55,613 nt of DNA from Deltaproteobacteria bacterium (GTDB lineage: Bacteria > Desulfobacterota > Desulfobulbia > Desulfobulbales > SURF-16): positions 1-55,613 of the forward strand of contig JACQYM010000053.1 in assembly GCA_016208225.1 (NCBI GenBank). Direction: 5' to 3'. Of the stretch, positions 20,140 to 29,599 are shown in pieces. Made by a program: the position numbers and the translations under genes. The notes beneath the pieces were generated by a model. That model worked only from the letters and a program-made list of their open reading frames with translations, had not been told where the DNA came from and ran no database searches. Position 1 is the first letter of the stretch. Every line of letters begins with the position of its first letter.

Positions 20140-20347
20140 AAGAGTTAAGAACTATCTCGGATTCTGGCCTGTTACCAGTGAGTGCCTAAAGTGCGCTAAA
20201 ATACTTAAAGTGCCCTTGTGCCCCTTGCGGGTATAAAGTTAAAGGTGTTATCTGATCAGAAAGTACCGAAACTTTAGGCACTTAAGGCACTTTAAGTACT
20301 TTAGGCACTCATTCTGGACTCGTCTTTTGGTACCAACGTTAACTCTT
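20140..20347. repeat. E-family element: long imperfect hairpin with tandem 9-mer arms and a CTGATCAG centre
   Basis: The left arm (gtgcctaaagtgcgctaaaatacttaaagtgcc) is largely complementary to the right arm (ctttaggcacttaaggcactttaagtactttaggcac). Outer stem is aagagttaa/ttaactctt. Lies between the convergent rubredoxin and cNMP/HDOD genes. Confidence 0.65.
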
Positions 20348-20388
20348 CGAGATCAGGTTGTCTGAAGTTATTCGTAACGGCTTCTCCG

Positions 20389-21933
20389 CTAAGCGATGAT
20401 GAGCGTTGAAATATCTCCCCACATGCGGTCCAGCTCATCATTAAAGGACTGAATAAAACTGTCAATATTGATATCCAGGAAAGGATGATGCTGTTCCTGG
20501 AGCAAAATCCAGCCGAAGGAGGAGGAGAGCGGCGGCGGGGAGGCGGCGGCTCTGCCCATCATGATTCCCCTTTCCTTGGCAAAAAGATCGGCCAGGTGGA
20601 TGATGGCGATGAGCAGGCTGTTGTCCCTGGCCTTTTCCGGGGCGTGGTGCAGCAGCATGACATCCAGATAGGGCTGGGGGATTCCCATCTTTTCCCCCAG
20701 CCAGCATCCCGCCTGGCCATGATCGATACCGATGTACTCGTGCTCGGCGCTGCAGATATCCTTATTGACGAAATCCGGCCGCAGCTGCTGGGGATAGAAA
20801 AGGGGCTGCTGCCGATCCAGCGCCAGTTTACCCAGGTCGTGAAAGAGGCCGGCCAGATAGACGTCCTCGGAGATGTTGAGACGTATCGTATCCTTCAGGA
20901 GTTCCGCAATCCGCCCCACGGCTGCCGCATGGAGCCAGAAGCCGTCGGCAAGCTGGGCAAAGCCGCCGAACAGTTCCCCACCCATCACCACTTTGGCCGT
21001 TTCCTTGGCCACGACCTCCTGTACGCTCTTGATGCCCATGGTCACCATGGCATGGGGCACCGAATTGACCGCGCTTGACCGCCGGTAAAATGACGAGTTG
21101 GCCTGCTGGATCACCTTGGCGGACAATACCGGATCGCAGGAGATCAGTTCGGCAAATTTCCGGGTATCATCGCAATCCCCCACCAGAAAAGAGGAAAGCC
21201 GGGCCGCAGCCGCCGGATTCACGGCAAGCTCCAGGTTGCTCTGGATCCTTCTTTTTATCTTCTCCTTGGCCACCGCCATGATCTTCGGGGCCGGCGGCAG
21301 TTTGGAAATATCAATTTCTTTGGCCGGATGCACGGTCTGCAGCTTATTTGCAGCGGCCGGGGCGGGCGCCGCCATGGTTTTTTTCACCGGCGGCGCCGGG
21401 GGCCGGGGGGGCCGGGCCGGGGGAGATGGCTCCGCGGCAGAGGTTGCCGCCGCCACGTTCGACGCCGACAGGTCGCCCATGCGTTTATTGGCGGCGATCA
21501 GCCGGGTGACGAGAATTTCACAGAATCGCCGGTAAAACTTGAGCTGCAGAAACACGGAGGCCTGATTCAGGATGTCCGGTTCCACCATCAGGATATAGGA
21601 TTCACTGGTGGTTATCACCCCTGCGGTCCGCCTGGTCTCAGAAATCAGGGCCATTTCTCCGAAGGTGGCCCCGGTTGTCAGGCAGGTCAGTTCAACCTTT
21701 TTGCCGTCCTCCACGGTGATGAAGACCGAGACGTTGCCCTTCACCAGAATGTAGAATACCTTCTCCAGGGTATCTTCCTTGATGATCAGGGTACCGGTCG
21801 GCACCTTCAGCCAGCGGCTCACGGCCAGCAGCTGTTTCAGCTCATGGTCGTCGAAATTCTGAAAAAAAGAGATCTTTTTCAGGAAGTTGATCTGCTGGTC
21901 AAGGGTGGTGCTGTGTTCTTGTTTCTGCTTCAT
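20389..21933 (-). CDS. Cyclic nucleotide-binding domain plus HDOD domain protein
   Basis: 514 aa. N-terminal cNMP-binding fold (FGEMALIS...RTAGV), a Pro-rich linker, and a C-terminal HDOD (DPVLSAKVIQQANSSFY...LFHDLGK). Starts 4 nt after the mnmE stop. Confidence 0.8.
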   Translation of the reverse strand: MKQKQEHSTTLDQQINFLKKISFFQNFDDHELKQLLAVSRWLKVPTGTLIIKEDTLEKVFYILVKGNVSVFITVEDGKKVELTCLTTGATFGEMALISETRRTAGVITTSESYILMVEPDILNQASVFLQLKFYRRFCEILVTRLIAANKRMGDLSASNVAAATSAAEPSPPARPPRPPAPPVKKTMAAPAPAAANKLQTVHPAKEIDISKLPPAPKIMAVAKEKIKRRIQSNLELAVNPAAAARLSSFLVGDCDDTRKFAELISCDPVLSAKVIQQANSSFYRRSSAVNSVPHAMVTMGIKSVQEVVAKETAKVVMGGELFGGFAQLADGFWLHAAAVGRIAELLKDTIRLNISEDVYLAGLFHDLGKLALDRQQPLFYPQQLRPDFVNKDICSAEHEYIGIDHGQAGCWLGEKMGIPQPYLDVMLLHHAPEKARDNSLLIAIIHLADLFAKERGIMMGRAAASPPPLSSSFGWILLQEQHHPFLDINIDSFIQSFNDELDRMWGDISTLIIA

Positions 21934-21937
21934 GGAT

Positions 21938-23350
21938 CTATTTCCCTATGCAGAATTGATCGAAGATCAGGTCCAGAATATCTTCCGTGGTTGTTTCGCC
22001 GGTGATATCCCCCAGATGGTCAAGGGCGGCCTGCAGTTCAATGGCAAGCAGATCAGGCGGCAGATCCGTGCGCAGCCCTGCCGCCACCTGCTCTGCCGCG
22101 GCCAGCGCCTTGTCAAGGGCGGCCCGCTGCCGCACATTCGGTACGCAGCTGTAGCCAGGGTCCCAACTGGACCCGCCGGTGACCATGGCAAAGAGGGCAC
22201 TTTCCAGATCAGCGATGCCCGCATGGGTTTTGGCGGAAACAGCGACCCTGGGGAGGTCCGGAAAGGCGTGGGCGAAGGGGGCCGGATCGTAGCCGGCAAT
22301 GTCCATTTTGTTGACCACCAGCAGGATCTGCTTGTCTCCCACCGATTCGAAAAGCCGCATGTCGGCCGGGCCGGGCGGCTGTGTGCCGTCAACAATCAGC
22401 AGGACCACGTCAGCCTCGGCCAGTTTTTTCCGGGCCCGGACAATGCCGATCTCTTCCACCTCCTCCGCATCGTCGCGGATGCCGGCCGTATCAATGATGC
22501 GTACCGGCATGCCTTTCATATCGAGGAATTCCTCGATCGTGTCCCGGGTGGTGCCGGGGATGGCCGTGACAATGGCCCGCTCTTCCCGGAGCAGGGCATT
22601 GAGCAGACTGGATTTGCCGACATTCGGCCGGCCGAGAATAATCACCGAAATGCCGTCGCGGAAAATCCGGCCGCGGCCGGCGGCGCGGATGAGCTGCCGC
22701 AGCGGGGCGATGATCTCCAGTTCAAGCCTGCGGCCCATGTCCTCGGTATGCATGATTTCCACGTCGTCTTCCGGAAAATCAATGGCAACCTCGATAATGG
22801 CCCGTAAAAAGAGCAGTGCGGAGCGAATGTCGCCCACCATGGCGCCGAGGTTGCCCTGCAGCTGGGACATGGCCAGGCCGAGACCCTCCCGTGTTTTTGC
22901 CTGCAGCAGTTCGATGACGGCCTCCGCCTGGGTCAGATCGATGCGGCCGTTGAGAAAGGCGCGTTTGGTGAATTCCCCCGGCTCGGCCAGGGTGGCGCCC
23001 AGGGTGATGAGCTGGCTGAGGATGTCCTGCAGGACCAGGTAGCTGCCGTGGCACTGGATTTCGACCACATCCTCCCTGGTGTAGGTCCGGGGGGCCTGCA
23101 TGAAGACAGCCATCACCTCGTCAATGGTCTGGCCGGTGTGCGGATTTCTGATCCAGCCGTAATAGAGGCGGTGGCTGCTGAAGGCGGTGGTCCCGCATTT
23201 TGGAGAGAAAACAGTGGAAAGGATGGGCAGAGCCCGGCTGCCGCTGAGGCGGATAATCCCGATGCCGCCGGGACCGGGCGGAGTGGCGATGGCGGCTATG
23301 GTCGCTTCCGCCGTTTGCGGAACACGGGTGTCAAGAGTGGTTTCAGCCAT
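21938..23350 (-). CDS. mnmE: tRNA modification GTPase MnmE
   Basis: G1 motif GRPNVGKSS and C-terminal CIGK. ATG at 23350 (MAETTLD...) preferred to the longer ORF. Confidence 0.95.
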   Translation of the reverse strand: MAETTLDTRVPQTAEATIAAIATPPGPGGIGIIRLSGSRALPILSTVFSPKCGTTAFSSHRLYYGWIRNPHTGQTIDEVMAVFMQAPRTYTREDVVEIQCHGSYLVLQDILSQLITLGATLAEPGEFTKRAFLNGRIDLTQAEAVIELLQAKTREGLGLAMSQLQGNLGAMVGDIRSALLFLRAIIEVAIDFPEDDVEIMHTEDMGRRLELEIIAPLRQLIRAAGRGRIFRDGISVIILGRPNVGKSSLLNALLREERAIVTAIPGTTRDTIEEFLDMKGMPVRIIDTAGIRDDAEEVEEIGIVRARKKLAEADVVLLIVDGTQPPGPADMRLFESVGDKQILLVVNKMDIAGYDPAPFAHAFPDLPRVAVSAKTHAGIADLESALFAMVTGGSSWDPGYSCVPNVRQRAALDKALAAAEQVAAGLRTDLPPDLLAIELQAALDHLGDITGETTTEDILDLIFDQFCIGK

Positions 23351-23416
23351 GATAAAGAAAGATAATCGGTAAGAGGAGCACGGCAGCCCGGCGCAGCATG
23401 CAACAATTATCAATTA

Positions 23417-24322
23417 TCATTCTGAGTTTGTCAAATTTTCCTTTCGGCCTTTCCGACGCTGGGGTCGTTTGCGAATGCGCCCCTTGCCGGGCAGATAAAT
23501 GAGAATTTTCTTGAACAGTCCGTCGCCCACGCTGCGGCTGCGGATGGTCTTATCCTCCTGCAGCACGAGATGGACAATGCGCCGTTCAGCCGGATTTAAC
23601 GGCGGGATGGTCCTGGTCTTTTCCGTCTCCTTCACCTCGGCGGCAAGTTTCAGGGCCAGCTCCTGCAATTCGGCCCGCCGGCTCTCCCGGAAATCGCCGG
23701 CATCGATGGCAAACATTATTTTCTGCGGGAATTTCTTGCTGATGATTTTTCGCATCAGATACTGGATGCTGTCCAGGGCTTGGCCGTCCCTGGTGGTAAG
23801 CTCGGTGATATGCTCGCCGGTGATCTTCACCAGGGCCTTGTTGTTTTTTTCCTCCAGGGAAATGTCGGAGGGAAAGCCCATGAGGGTCAGCAGCTGCTCC
23901 AGATCGCTTTTGATCTGGCTGAGAATTTCCGGAGTCAGCGGTTCGATCTGCTCCCGGGGCTCGGCGCTGTCCCCGCCATTCTCGCCTGTTTCCTCGTCCT
24001 GCCACTCCTCACTGCCGATTGAGGCGGTCTGTTCCTCCTCGACTTTTACTTCAGGCGGAGGCGCCCGCCTGGCGGTTTGCCGGCTGGCAACGGCGGGGGC
24101 CACCGGCTCGGGTTTCTGCTCCTGGCGGCTGTCCGGTTCCGTTCCCGTCTTTTTTTTCGTCGCCCGGATCACCGCCTGTTTCCGGCAGAGGCCGAAAATT
24201 CCCGACGTGCCGGTTGAGATAATTTCAATATCAAGTTCTTCCCTGGGAACGTGCAGCTTGGCGCAGGCCTGGGTGATGGCCTCGTCAACGTCTTTTCCTT
24301 TGAACTCAAGCTTTGGGGTCAT
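23417..24322 (-). CDS. jag: RNA-binding protein Jag/KhpB (Jag_N, KH, R3H)
   Basis: 301 aa. Conserved position between yidC and mnmE. R3H-type C-terminus (ERRIVHLVLQED). Confidence 0.85.
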   Translation of the reverse strand: MTPKLEFKGKDVDEAITQACAKLHVPREELDIEIISTGTSGIFGLCRKQAVIRATKKKTGTEPDSRQEQKPEPVAPAVASRQTARRAPPPEVKVEEEQTASIGSEEWQDEETGENGGDSAEPREQIEPLTPEILSQIKSDLEQLLTLMGFPSDISLEEKNNKALVKITGEHITELTTRDGQALDSIQYLMRKIISKKFPQKIMFAIDAGDFRESRRAELQELALKLAAEVKETEKTRTIPPLNPAERRIVHLVLQEDKTIRSRSVGDGLFKKILIYLPGKGRIRKRPQRRKGRKENLTNSE

Positions 24323-24336
24323 TTTTTTCTCCAGAT

Positions 24337-24390
24337 GAGGAACCGTCCCGAAATAATCTCTTCATTTTTTGCATTTCGTGGCGGCTCCTC
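24337..24390. repeat. B-family hairpin (degenerate)
   Basis: gaggaaccgtcccgaaat-N18-atttcgtggcggctcctc, in the yidC-jag spacer. Confidence 0.6.
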
Positions 24391-24488
24391 ATGTCGTCTC
24401 CGACAGCAAGACAACAGTATAATTTTTTACAAAGGCTTCGCAGCGGCGGTACTTTTGCTCGCGTGGCGCGGCGGAATGCAGCCCGCTG

Positions 24489-26062
24489 TCAATCGAGAAA
24501 CATGAAGGTAAAAACCACCGGCAGAAACATCATGATCTTGGCCTGGGTGGGATCCGCGGTGGTGGGCGTCATTTTCTGCTGGAGAAACATGCTGGCGCCC
24601 ATCAGCAGGGTGAGCACCGGAATGCCGCCCAGAAAGGGGATATCAAAGCCGATAAAAAGCCGATCCGGGGCAGACAGGTCGGTAATCCAGAGCATGAAGG
24701 GGGCATGACGCAGCTCGATGGTCTGCAGCAACACCTTGTACAGGGCGAAAAAAACGGGGATCTGCAGCACCATGGGGAGACAGCCGCCCATGGGATTCAC
24801 CTTATAGGTCTGATACAGCTGGATCATTTCCCGGTTCAGCCGCTCTTTGTCGTTTGCATACTTTTCCCGCAGTTTTGCCATTTTCGGCTGCAGCTTCTGC
24901 AGGGTTTTCATGGACTTCATGCCCTTGTGGGCAATGGGCCAGAAAAGGGCCTTGATGATAATGGTGACCAGGATAATGGCCAGTCCGTAATTATGCAGGA
25001 AGCCGAACAAAAAGTTAAGCAGATAAAGCATCGGTTTGGCCAGCACATCAAACCAGCCGAAATTGATGATCTTGTCCAGGTTATGGCCGGCGGTTTTCAG
25101 GGTGCGCAGTTCCTTGGGGCCGAGATAGATGGTGTAGGTATAGCGCTTCTGACTCTGCGGGGGGCAGCAGCACGACATCGCCGCCCAATACGGTTGCCAC
25201 CGTGTCCTCGCCGGAGAGACTGAACCGGACGCTGTCCTTGCTGCCCTCTTCCGGAATGACGCAGGCCATGAAATAGGTGTCTTCATAGGCGACCCACTGC
25301 AGATTGCCGTTGCGGGTCTGCATGCCTTTTTTCAGATCATCGACTTTGATCTCCTCCAGGGTGCCGTTCTGAAAAACAGCCGGCCCGTGGAAAACAAACT
25401 GGTTGGCCGCCTGGACGGTGAACGGCCGGCTGGTCAGGGCGAGAAACGGGGCGCCCTGCAGCTGGTGTTCCGTCGAGGTGTTGCGCACATCAACCGTCAG
25501 ATGGATCAGATAATCATCTTCAGAAAAGGTCATGGTGCGGGTCAGTTCAAGCCCTGACGGCAGCCGGCTCTGCAGGGTGAGGGTTTTATCCGATCCGGCC
25601 ACGTCAAGCTTTTCCGTATCGGCCAGATAAACGGGCACCCCGGCCTTTTCCGGTTCCACCCCCCAGGAGAAAAAGAGGGGCAGTTCCAGGGGAGAGGTCG
25701 TTTTGACCAGCTCTTTGAGATCAGATCCTTCGGCGACGTTTTCCTTGTATTTTTTCAGCCTGAAGCTCTTGATGCCGCCGCCTGTTTCGGAAATCACCCC
25801 GGAAAAAAGATTTGTCTCCACCGTGATGTCGCGGCCCTGGCGGCCGGCCTCCACGGGTGCGGCCTGCAGCGCGGCGGCGGCGGGAGTGGCGGGTGATGTA
25901 TCGGGAACGGCGGCGGCAGGAGACGCCGCTTCCGGCTCAACCGCAGACTGCTCAATGGTCTGGGGCTCCTGGGGTGGGGGGGGGCGGGGCGAAAAAATAT
26001 TGATAACCCAACAAGATGAGAAGCGATAGCACAATGGCTAAAAAAGCTCTCTTGGTATCCAT
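24489..26062 (-). pseudogene. yidC: Membrane protein insertase YidC, split over three reading frames by two homopolymer-associated frameshifts
   Basis: The true N-terminus MDTKRAFLAIVLSLLILLGYQYFFAPPPP starts at 26062 and leaves frame at the C9/G9 run (25976-25984). The periplasmic domain (ORF 25081-26034) leaves frame at the C6/G6 run (25159-25164). The conserved C-terminal TM core is in ORF 24489-25286. The total of 1574 nt is not a multiple of 3. Confidence 0.85.
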
Positions 26063-26075
26063 GTCACATTCCTTA

Positions 26076-26294
26076 TCATTTTTTTACGGGGTCATATCCG
26101 CCGCGGCAGAATGGCTGGCAGCGCAGAATGCGGCAGCCGGCCAGCACAACCCCTTTCAGGGGACCATGATATTTGATGGCCTCGATAGCATAATGGGAAC
26201 AGGTCGGGGTAAAACGGCAGGCCTGCGGCAGCAGAGGTGACAGGACAACCTGGTAGCCTCGGATAAGAAAAAGTAACAGTTTCTGCATGCTCAT
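26076..26294 (-). CDS. yidD: Membrane protein insertion efficiency factor YidD
   Basis: 72 aa. Conserved [10 protein letters not shown] motif. Confidence 0.9.
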   Translation of the reverse strand: MSMQKLLLFLIRGYQVVLSPLLPQACRFTPTCSHYAIEAIKYHGPLKGVVLAGCRILRCQPFCRGGYDPVKK

Positions 26295-26346
26295 CTGCTC
26301 GCATTACCCGTTGTCCGGCGTGGACCTGGTAAATGACCGCATTGCA

Positions 26347-26712
26347 TCAAGATGATACCGGCGGAAGTCTGGCAAGGAGTGGTTTGACGGCACGATCCAC
26401 GTCCTGGGGGGAGGAGGGCGGAAAACCGCTGCGTACAGCGATGACGATATCGGACGGAGGAGAGATAAACTTTCTGTTCAGGCGATAGAATTCCCTGATG
26501 ATCCGTTTTATTCTGTTACGCTGCACAGCCTTTTTCACACCATGGACACTGATGCCCAGCCGGTTTGTCTGCAACCCGTTCGGTATGAAAATCAGGCTGA
26601 ATTCTATCCCCCGCAACCGTTTGCCGTTCCGATAAACAGCTTGAAATTCCTCCGGTTTACTGAGCAGAGCCGCCTTGGGCAGTCTGTAGCTTACCTTTCC
26701 CGTATCCGGCAC
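26347..26712 (-). CDS. rnpA: Ribonuclease P protein component
   Basis: 121 aa. Basic RnpA sequence (KKAVQRNRIKRIIRE), positioned after rpmH. Confidence 0.9.
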   Translation of the reverse strand: MPDTGKVSYRLPKAALLSKPEEFQAVYRNGKRLRGIEFSLIFIPNGLQTNRLGISVHGVKKAVQRNRIKRIIREFYRLNRKFISPPSDIVIAVRSGFPPSSPQDVDRAVKPLLARLPPVSS

Positions 26713-26729
26713 AGTGCACGTTGCCCGAA

Positions 26730-26867
26730 TCAGGCGGAAAGGCGCACACGGCCCTTGGCGCGTCTGCGGCAGATAACAGCCCGCCCCGACTTGGTTTTCA
26801 TCCGGGCGCGGAATCCATGGTTGCGGCTGCGTTTGATATTGCTGGGTTGAAAAGTCCTTTTACTCAT
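26730..26867 (-). CDS. rpmH: 50S ribosomal protein L34
   Basis: Hand translation: [45 protein letters not shown] (45 aa). Not in the ORF track. Confidence 0.9.
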   Translation of the reverse strand: MSKRTFQPSNIKRSRNHGFRARMKTKSGRAVICRRRAKGRVRLSA

Positions 26868-27149
26868 ACGATTATCCTCAAAAAATTATTTGCCGGTCAT
26901 AGGCTGTCAGTTTGAAAACAAAGGAGGGCTCATCGACATTTTCTTCTGTTCCGGAAAAATAAAACGCTGAACGTCGCCCTCATCCGCATACTACTCAGGG
27001 GGCCGCTACCAAATGCCCATCACATTTCCCATCATGCGTCACGGCCCGTTTGCCGCTTACAGTATTAGAATGTAACAGTAATTTTTGCACAACGGCTCAA
27101 GACTGAATTGCGTAAAATAGCATTGTGCGCACCGCTTGTCAAGTTTGAC

Positions 27150-28439
27150 TTACTCTTCTTTTCCCGCTTCCAGGTCCAGGCCGAAAATCTTGCGCATGAA
27201 ATCGAGCTTGAGGCGCTTGTCTTCCTGGGCATGGCCCTCTTCCTTGAGAAAATGGATGGGATCATGCAGGAGTTTGTTGATGATGGCGCCGGTCATTTTT
27301 TCGATGGATTTGATCTCCTTGGCGCTCAGATCGCAATGGGAGAGGGTCCTGGCCAGTTCGGCCTTGACGATGGTGTCGGCTTTATGGCGCAGGGCGGAAA
27401 TCGTCGGCGCCAGCTGCATTTCCTCAATCCATTGCAGAAATTTCAGCGTCTCCTCGGTGACGATGCGCTCGGCCCGCACCGCCTCCTGTTCCCGTTCCGC
27501 CTTGTTCACCTCGACCACCTGGCTCAGATCGTCAACATCGTAGAGATAGACGTTATCCAGGTCGTTGAGCTTGGGGTCCAGATCGCGCGGCACGGCAATA
27601 TCAATGAGAAAAAGCGGGCGGTTCTTCCGCAGTTTCATGATCGGTTTGACATCTTCCTGCAGCAGGATCAGGCCGCTGGCCCCGGTTGAACTGACCATGA
27701 TGTCGACAAATTCCATCTGGGCGTGCAGTTCGTTCAGTCCCACGGCCTTGCCGTTGAAGCGTTTGGCCAGGTTCACCGCCCGCTCCAGGGTGCGGTTGGC
27801 GACAATCACTTCGGAAATGCCCTGGTTGATGAGATGCTCCGCCGCCAGTTCCGCCATCTCGCCGGCGCCCACCAGCAGGACCTTTTTGCCGGCGAGATTG
27901 CCGAAGATTTTCCGGGCCAGTTCCACCGCGGCATAACTGATCGACACGGCGCTGCTGCCGATATTGGTTTCCGTGCGGATTTTTTTGGCCACGGAAAAGG
28001 CCTTGTGCAGCAGGCGGTTCAAAATGACGCCGGTGCATTGTCTTTCCGCGGAATTGCGGTAGGCATCCTTCAGCTGCCCCAGGATCTGTGGTTCGCCGAC
28101 CACCATGGAATCAAGACTTGACGCCACCCGATACAGATGGTTGACGGCGTCGGCCCCGCGGTGCAGGTAGATAAAATTATCGATCTCCTCTTCCTTGACG
28201 TTGCTGGTCGCAAAGAGGAATCTTTTGATGGCCCGGATGGTTTCCTGTTGATGGGGGCTGGTAAAGATCACCTCCACTCTGTTGCAGGTGGAGAGAAAAC
28301 AGAATTCACTGCAGCCGGGGATCTCCTTTAATTTTCTGAAGGGCCTTTCCGGGTCGCTGGTAAAGGCCAGCTGTTCGCGGACGGCAACGGGAGCGGTTTT
28401 ATGGTTTACCCCGAGAACGAGAATGGAATCAACGGACAT
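27150..28439 (-). CDS. hemA: Glutamyl-tRNA reductase
   Basis: 429 aa. Active-site region FLSTCNRVEV and an NADPH-binding GAGEMAEL. Confidence 0.95.
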   Translation of the reverse strand: MSVDSILVLGVNHKTAPVAVREQLAFTSDPERPFRKLKEIPGCSEFCFLSTCNRVEVIFTSPHQQETIRAIKRFLFATSNVKEEEIDNFIYLHRGADAVNHLYRVASSLDSMVVGEPQILGQLKDAYRNSAERQCTGVILNRLLHKAFSVAKKIRTETNIGSSAVSISYAAVELARKIFGNLAGKKVLLVGAGEMAELAAEHLINQGISEVIVANRTLERAVNLAKRFNGKAVGLNELHAQMEFVDIMVSSTGASGLILLQEDVKPIMKLRKNRPLFLIDIAVPRDLDPKLNDLDNVYLYDVDDLSQVVEVNKAEREQEAVRAERIVTEETLKFLQWIEEMQLAPTISALRHKADTIVKAELARTLSHCDLSAKEIKSIEKMTGAIINKLLHDPIHFLKEEGHAQEDKRLKLDFMRKIFGLDLEAGKEE

Positions 28440-29238
28440 AGGAATGAACTCCAGGCAACAGAAAGGTCACACCCCACAGGGTGAACAGAACGGCAATGAA
28501 ACCGATGATAGCCAGCATGGCGGCCCTTTTGCCGCGCCATCCCGCGATAAAGCGCTGATGCAGCATGGCGGCGTACAGAAACCAGGTGATGAGCGACCAG
28601 GTCTCCTTCGGGTCCCAGTGCCAATATGACCCCCATGCCTGTTTCGCCCAGAATGAGCCGGTGATGATGCCAAGCGTCAGCAGCGGAAAGCCCACGGTCA
28701 GGCAATGCTGGATGAGATTATCCAGCGCATCCAGGGAAGGCAGCCGGCTGTAAAAAACGCCGAATCTCTTTTTTTTCAGCTCACGCTCCTGCAGCAGATA
28801 CATCAGGCCGCTGCAGAAGCCCATGGCAAGAAAACCATCGGCAAGAAGGGCGATGCTGGCGTGGATCGGCAGCCAGACGCTCTGCAGGGCCGGGGGCAGC
28901 TCGGCGATATCCTGGGACGACAGCGCGGCGACCGTCATTAAGGCAGACACGACCAGCGAGACAAAGGTGCCGAAATTTTTCACCTGATAGCGCCAGCGGA
29001 AGGAGAGAAAGGCCCAGGTCATGGACCAGGCAAAAAAGGAAACCGTGTCATGATGGGTGGTGAGCGGTGTGTGGCCGGCGGCGAAATAACGGCTGAGAAT
29101 GGTCACCGTATGCAGGGCGCCGGCACCGAAGAGCAGGCAGCGGGCCGTTGACCGCACCCGGTTTTTCTGGGTGATGAAAAAACCGACATAGGTCGTGGTG
29201 GCGATGAGATAGACGATGAACGTGAGTGAAAAAAGCAT
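28429..29238 (-). CDS. Cytochrome c assembly protein (CcsA/HemX-like)
   Basis: 269 aa polytopic membrane protein with the Trp-rich motif WGSYWHWDPKETW. Overlaps hemA by 11 nt. Confidence 0.8.
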   Translation of the reverse strand: MLFSLTFIVYLIATTTYVGFFITQKNRVRSTARCLLFGAGALHTVTILSRYFAAGHTPLTTHHDTVSFFAWSMTWAFLSFRWRYQVKNFGTFVSLVVSALMTVAALSSQDIAELPPALQSVWLPIHASIALLADGFLAMGFCSGLMYLLQERELKKKRFGVFYSRLPSLDALDNLIQHCLTVGFPLLTLGIITGSFWAKQAWGSYWHWDPKETWSLITWFLYAAMLHQRFIAGWRGKRAAMLAIIGFIAVLFTLWGVTFLLPGVHSYVR

Positions 29239-29271
29239 TCAGGAATTCTCCGTTTAGATTCTTATGCTTTT

Positions 29272-29580
29272 GATCTGAGAAATTGCCGCTCAGATTTAAA
29301 TTTTTTTGAAATTATTTATCGAATTTCCACTCTCAGCCGTTGTAAAAAAATAACATGGCCAGAGAATGCGCGGAACGGCACTCTTTTCAGTACCCCCTTG
29401 AGGGGTACTCTTTTCAGTACCCCCTTGAGGGGTATAAGGAGCCGTAACGAAATTGGAAAAATGGCCATGTTATTTCGTAACGGCCCCGAAGAATCTTATC
29501 CCGCTCCGCTGCAGTCAGGTACCGTTACCCAATGGCCATCACATTTCTGACCATTTCGTTATCCCCTATGCCGGTCACGG
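29272..29580. repeat. Composite B-family mosaic (reverse orientation relative to 53736-53910), with a duplicated palindrome module and a C-type module
   Basis: Contains agccgttgtaaaaaaataacatggcc, two copies of ctcttttcagtacccccttgaggggta, the hairpin ggagccgtaacgaaat...atttcgtaacggcc, and cccaatggccatcacatttc (compare 27010-27030). Confidence 0.65.
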
Positions 29581-29599
29581 TAGTGGTGGGGATGATGGA

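Noticed and set aside
25976-25984. The G9/C9 tract in yidC, considered as a phase-variation switch.
   Set aside because: yidC is essential and single-copy in most bacteria, and a second frameshift sits at another homopolymer in the same gene. Sequencing error is far more likely than contingency-locus behaviour.
26868-27149. Looked for oriC or DnaA boxes beside rpmH, because the rpmH-rnpA-yidC-mnmE cluster usually neighbours dnaA.
   Set aside because: Only one 8-of-9 match to TTATCCACA was found (ttatcctca, 26871-26879, which is really the rpmH SD region). There is no dnaA or dnaN, no AT-rich unwinding element and no strand switch, and hemA follows on the same strand.
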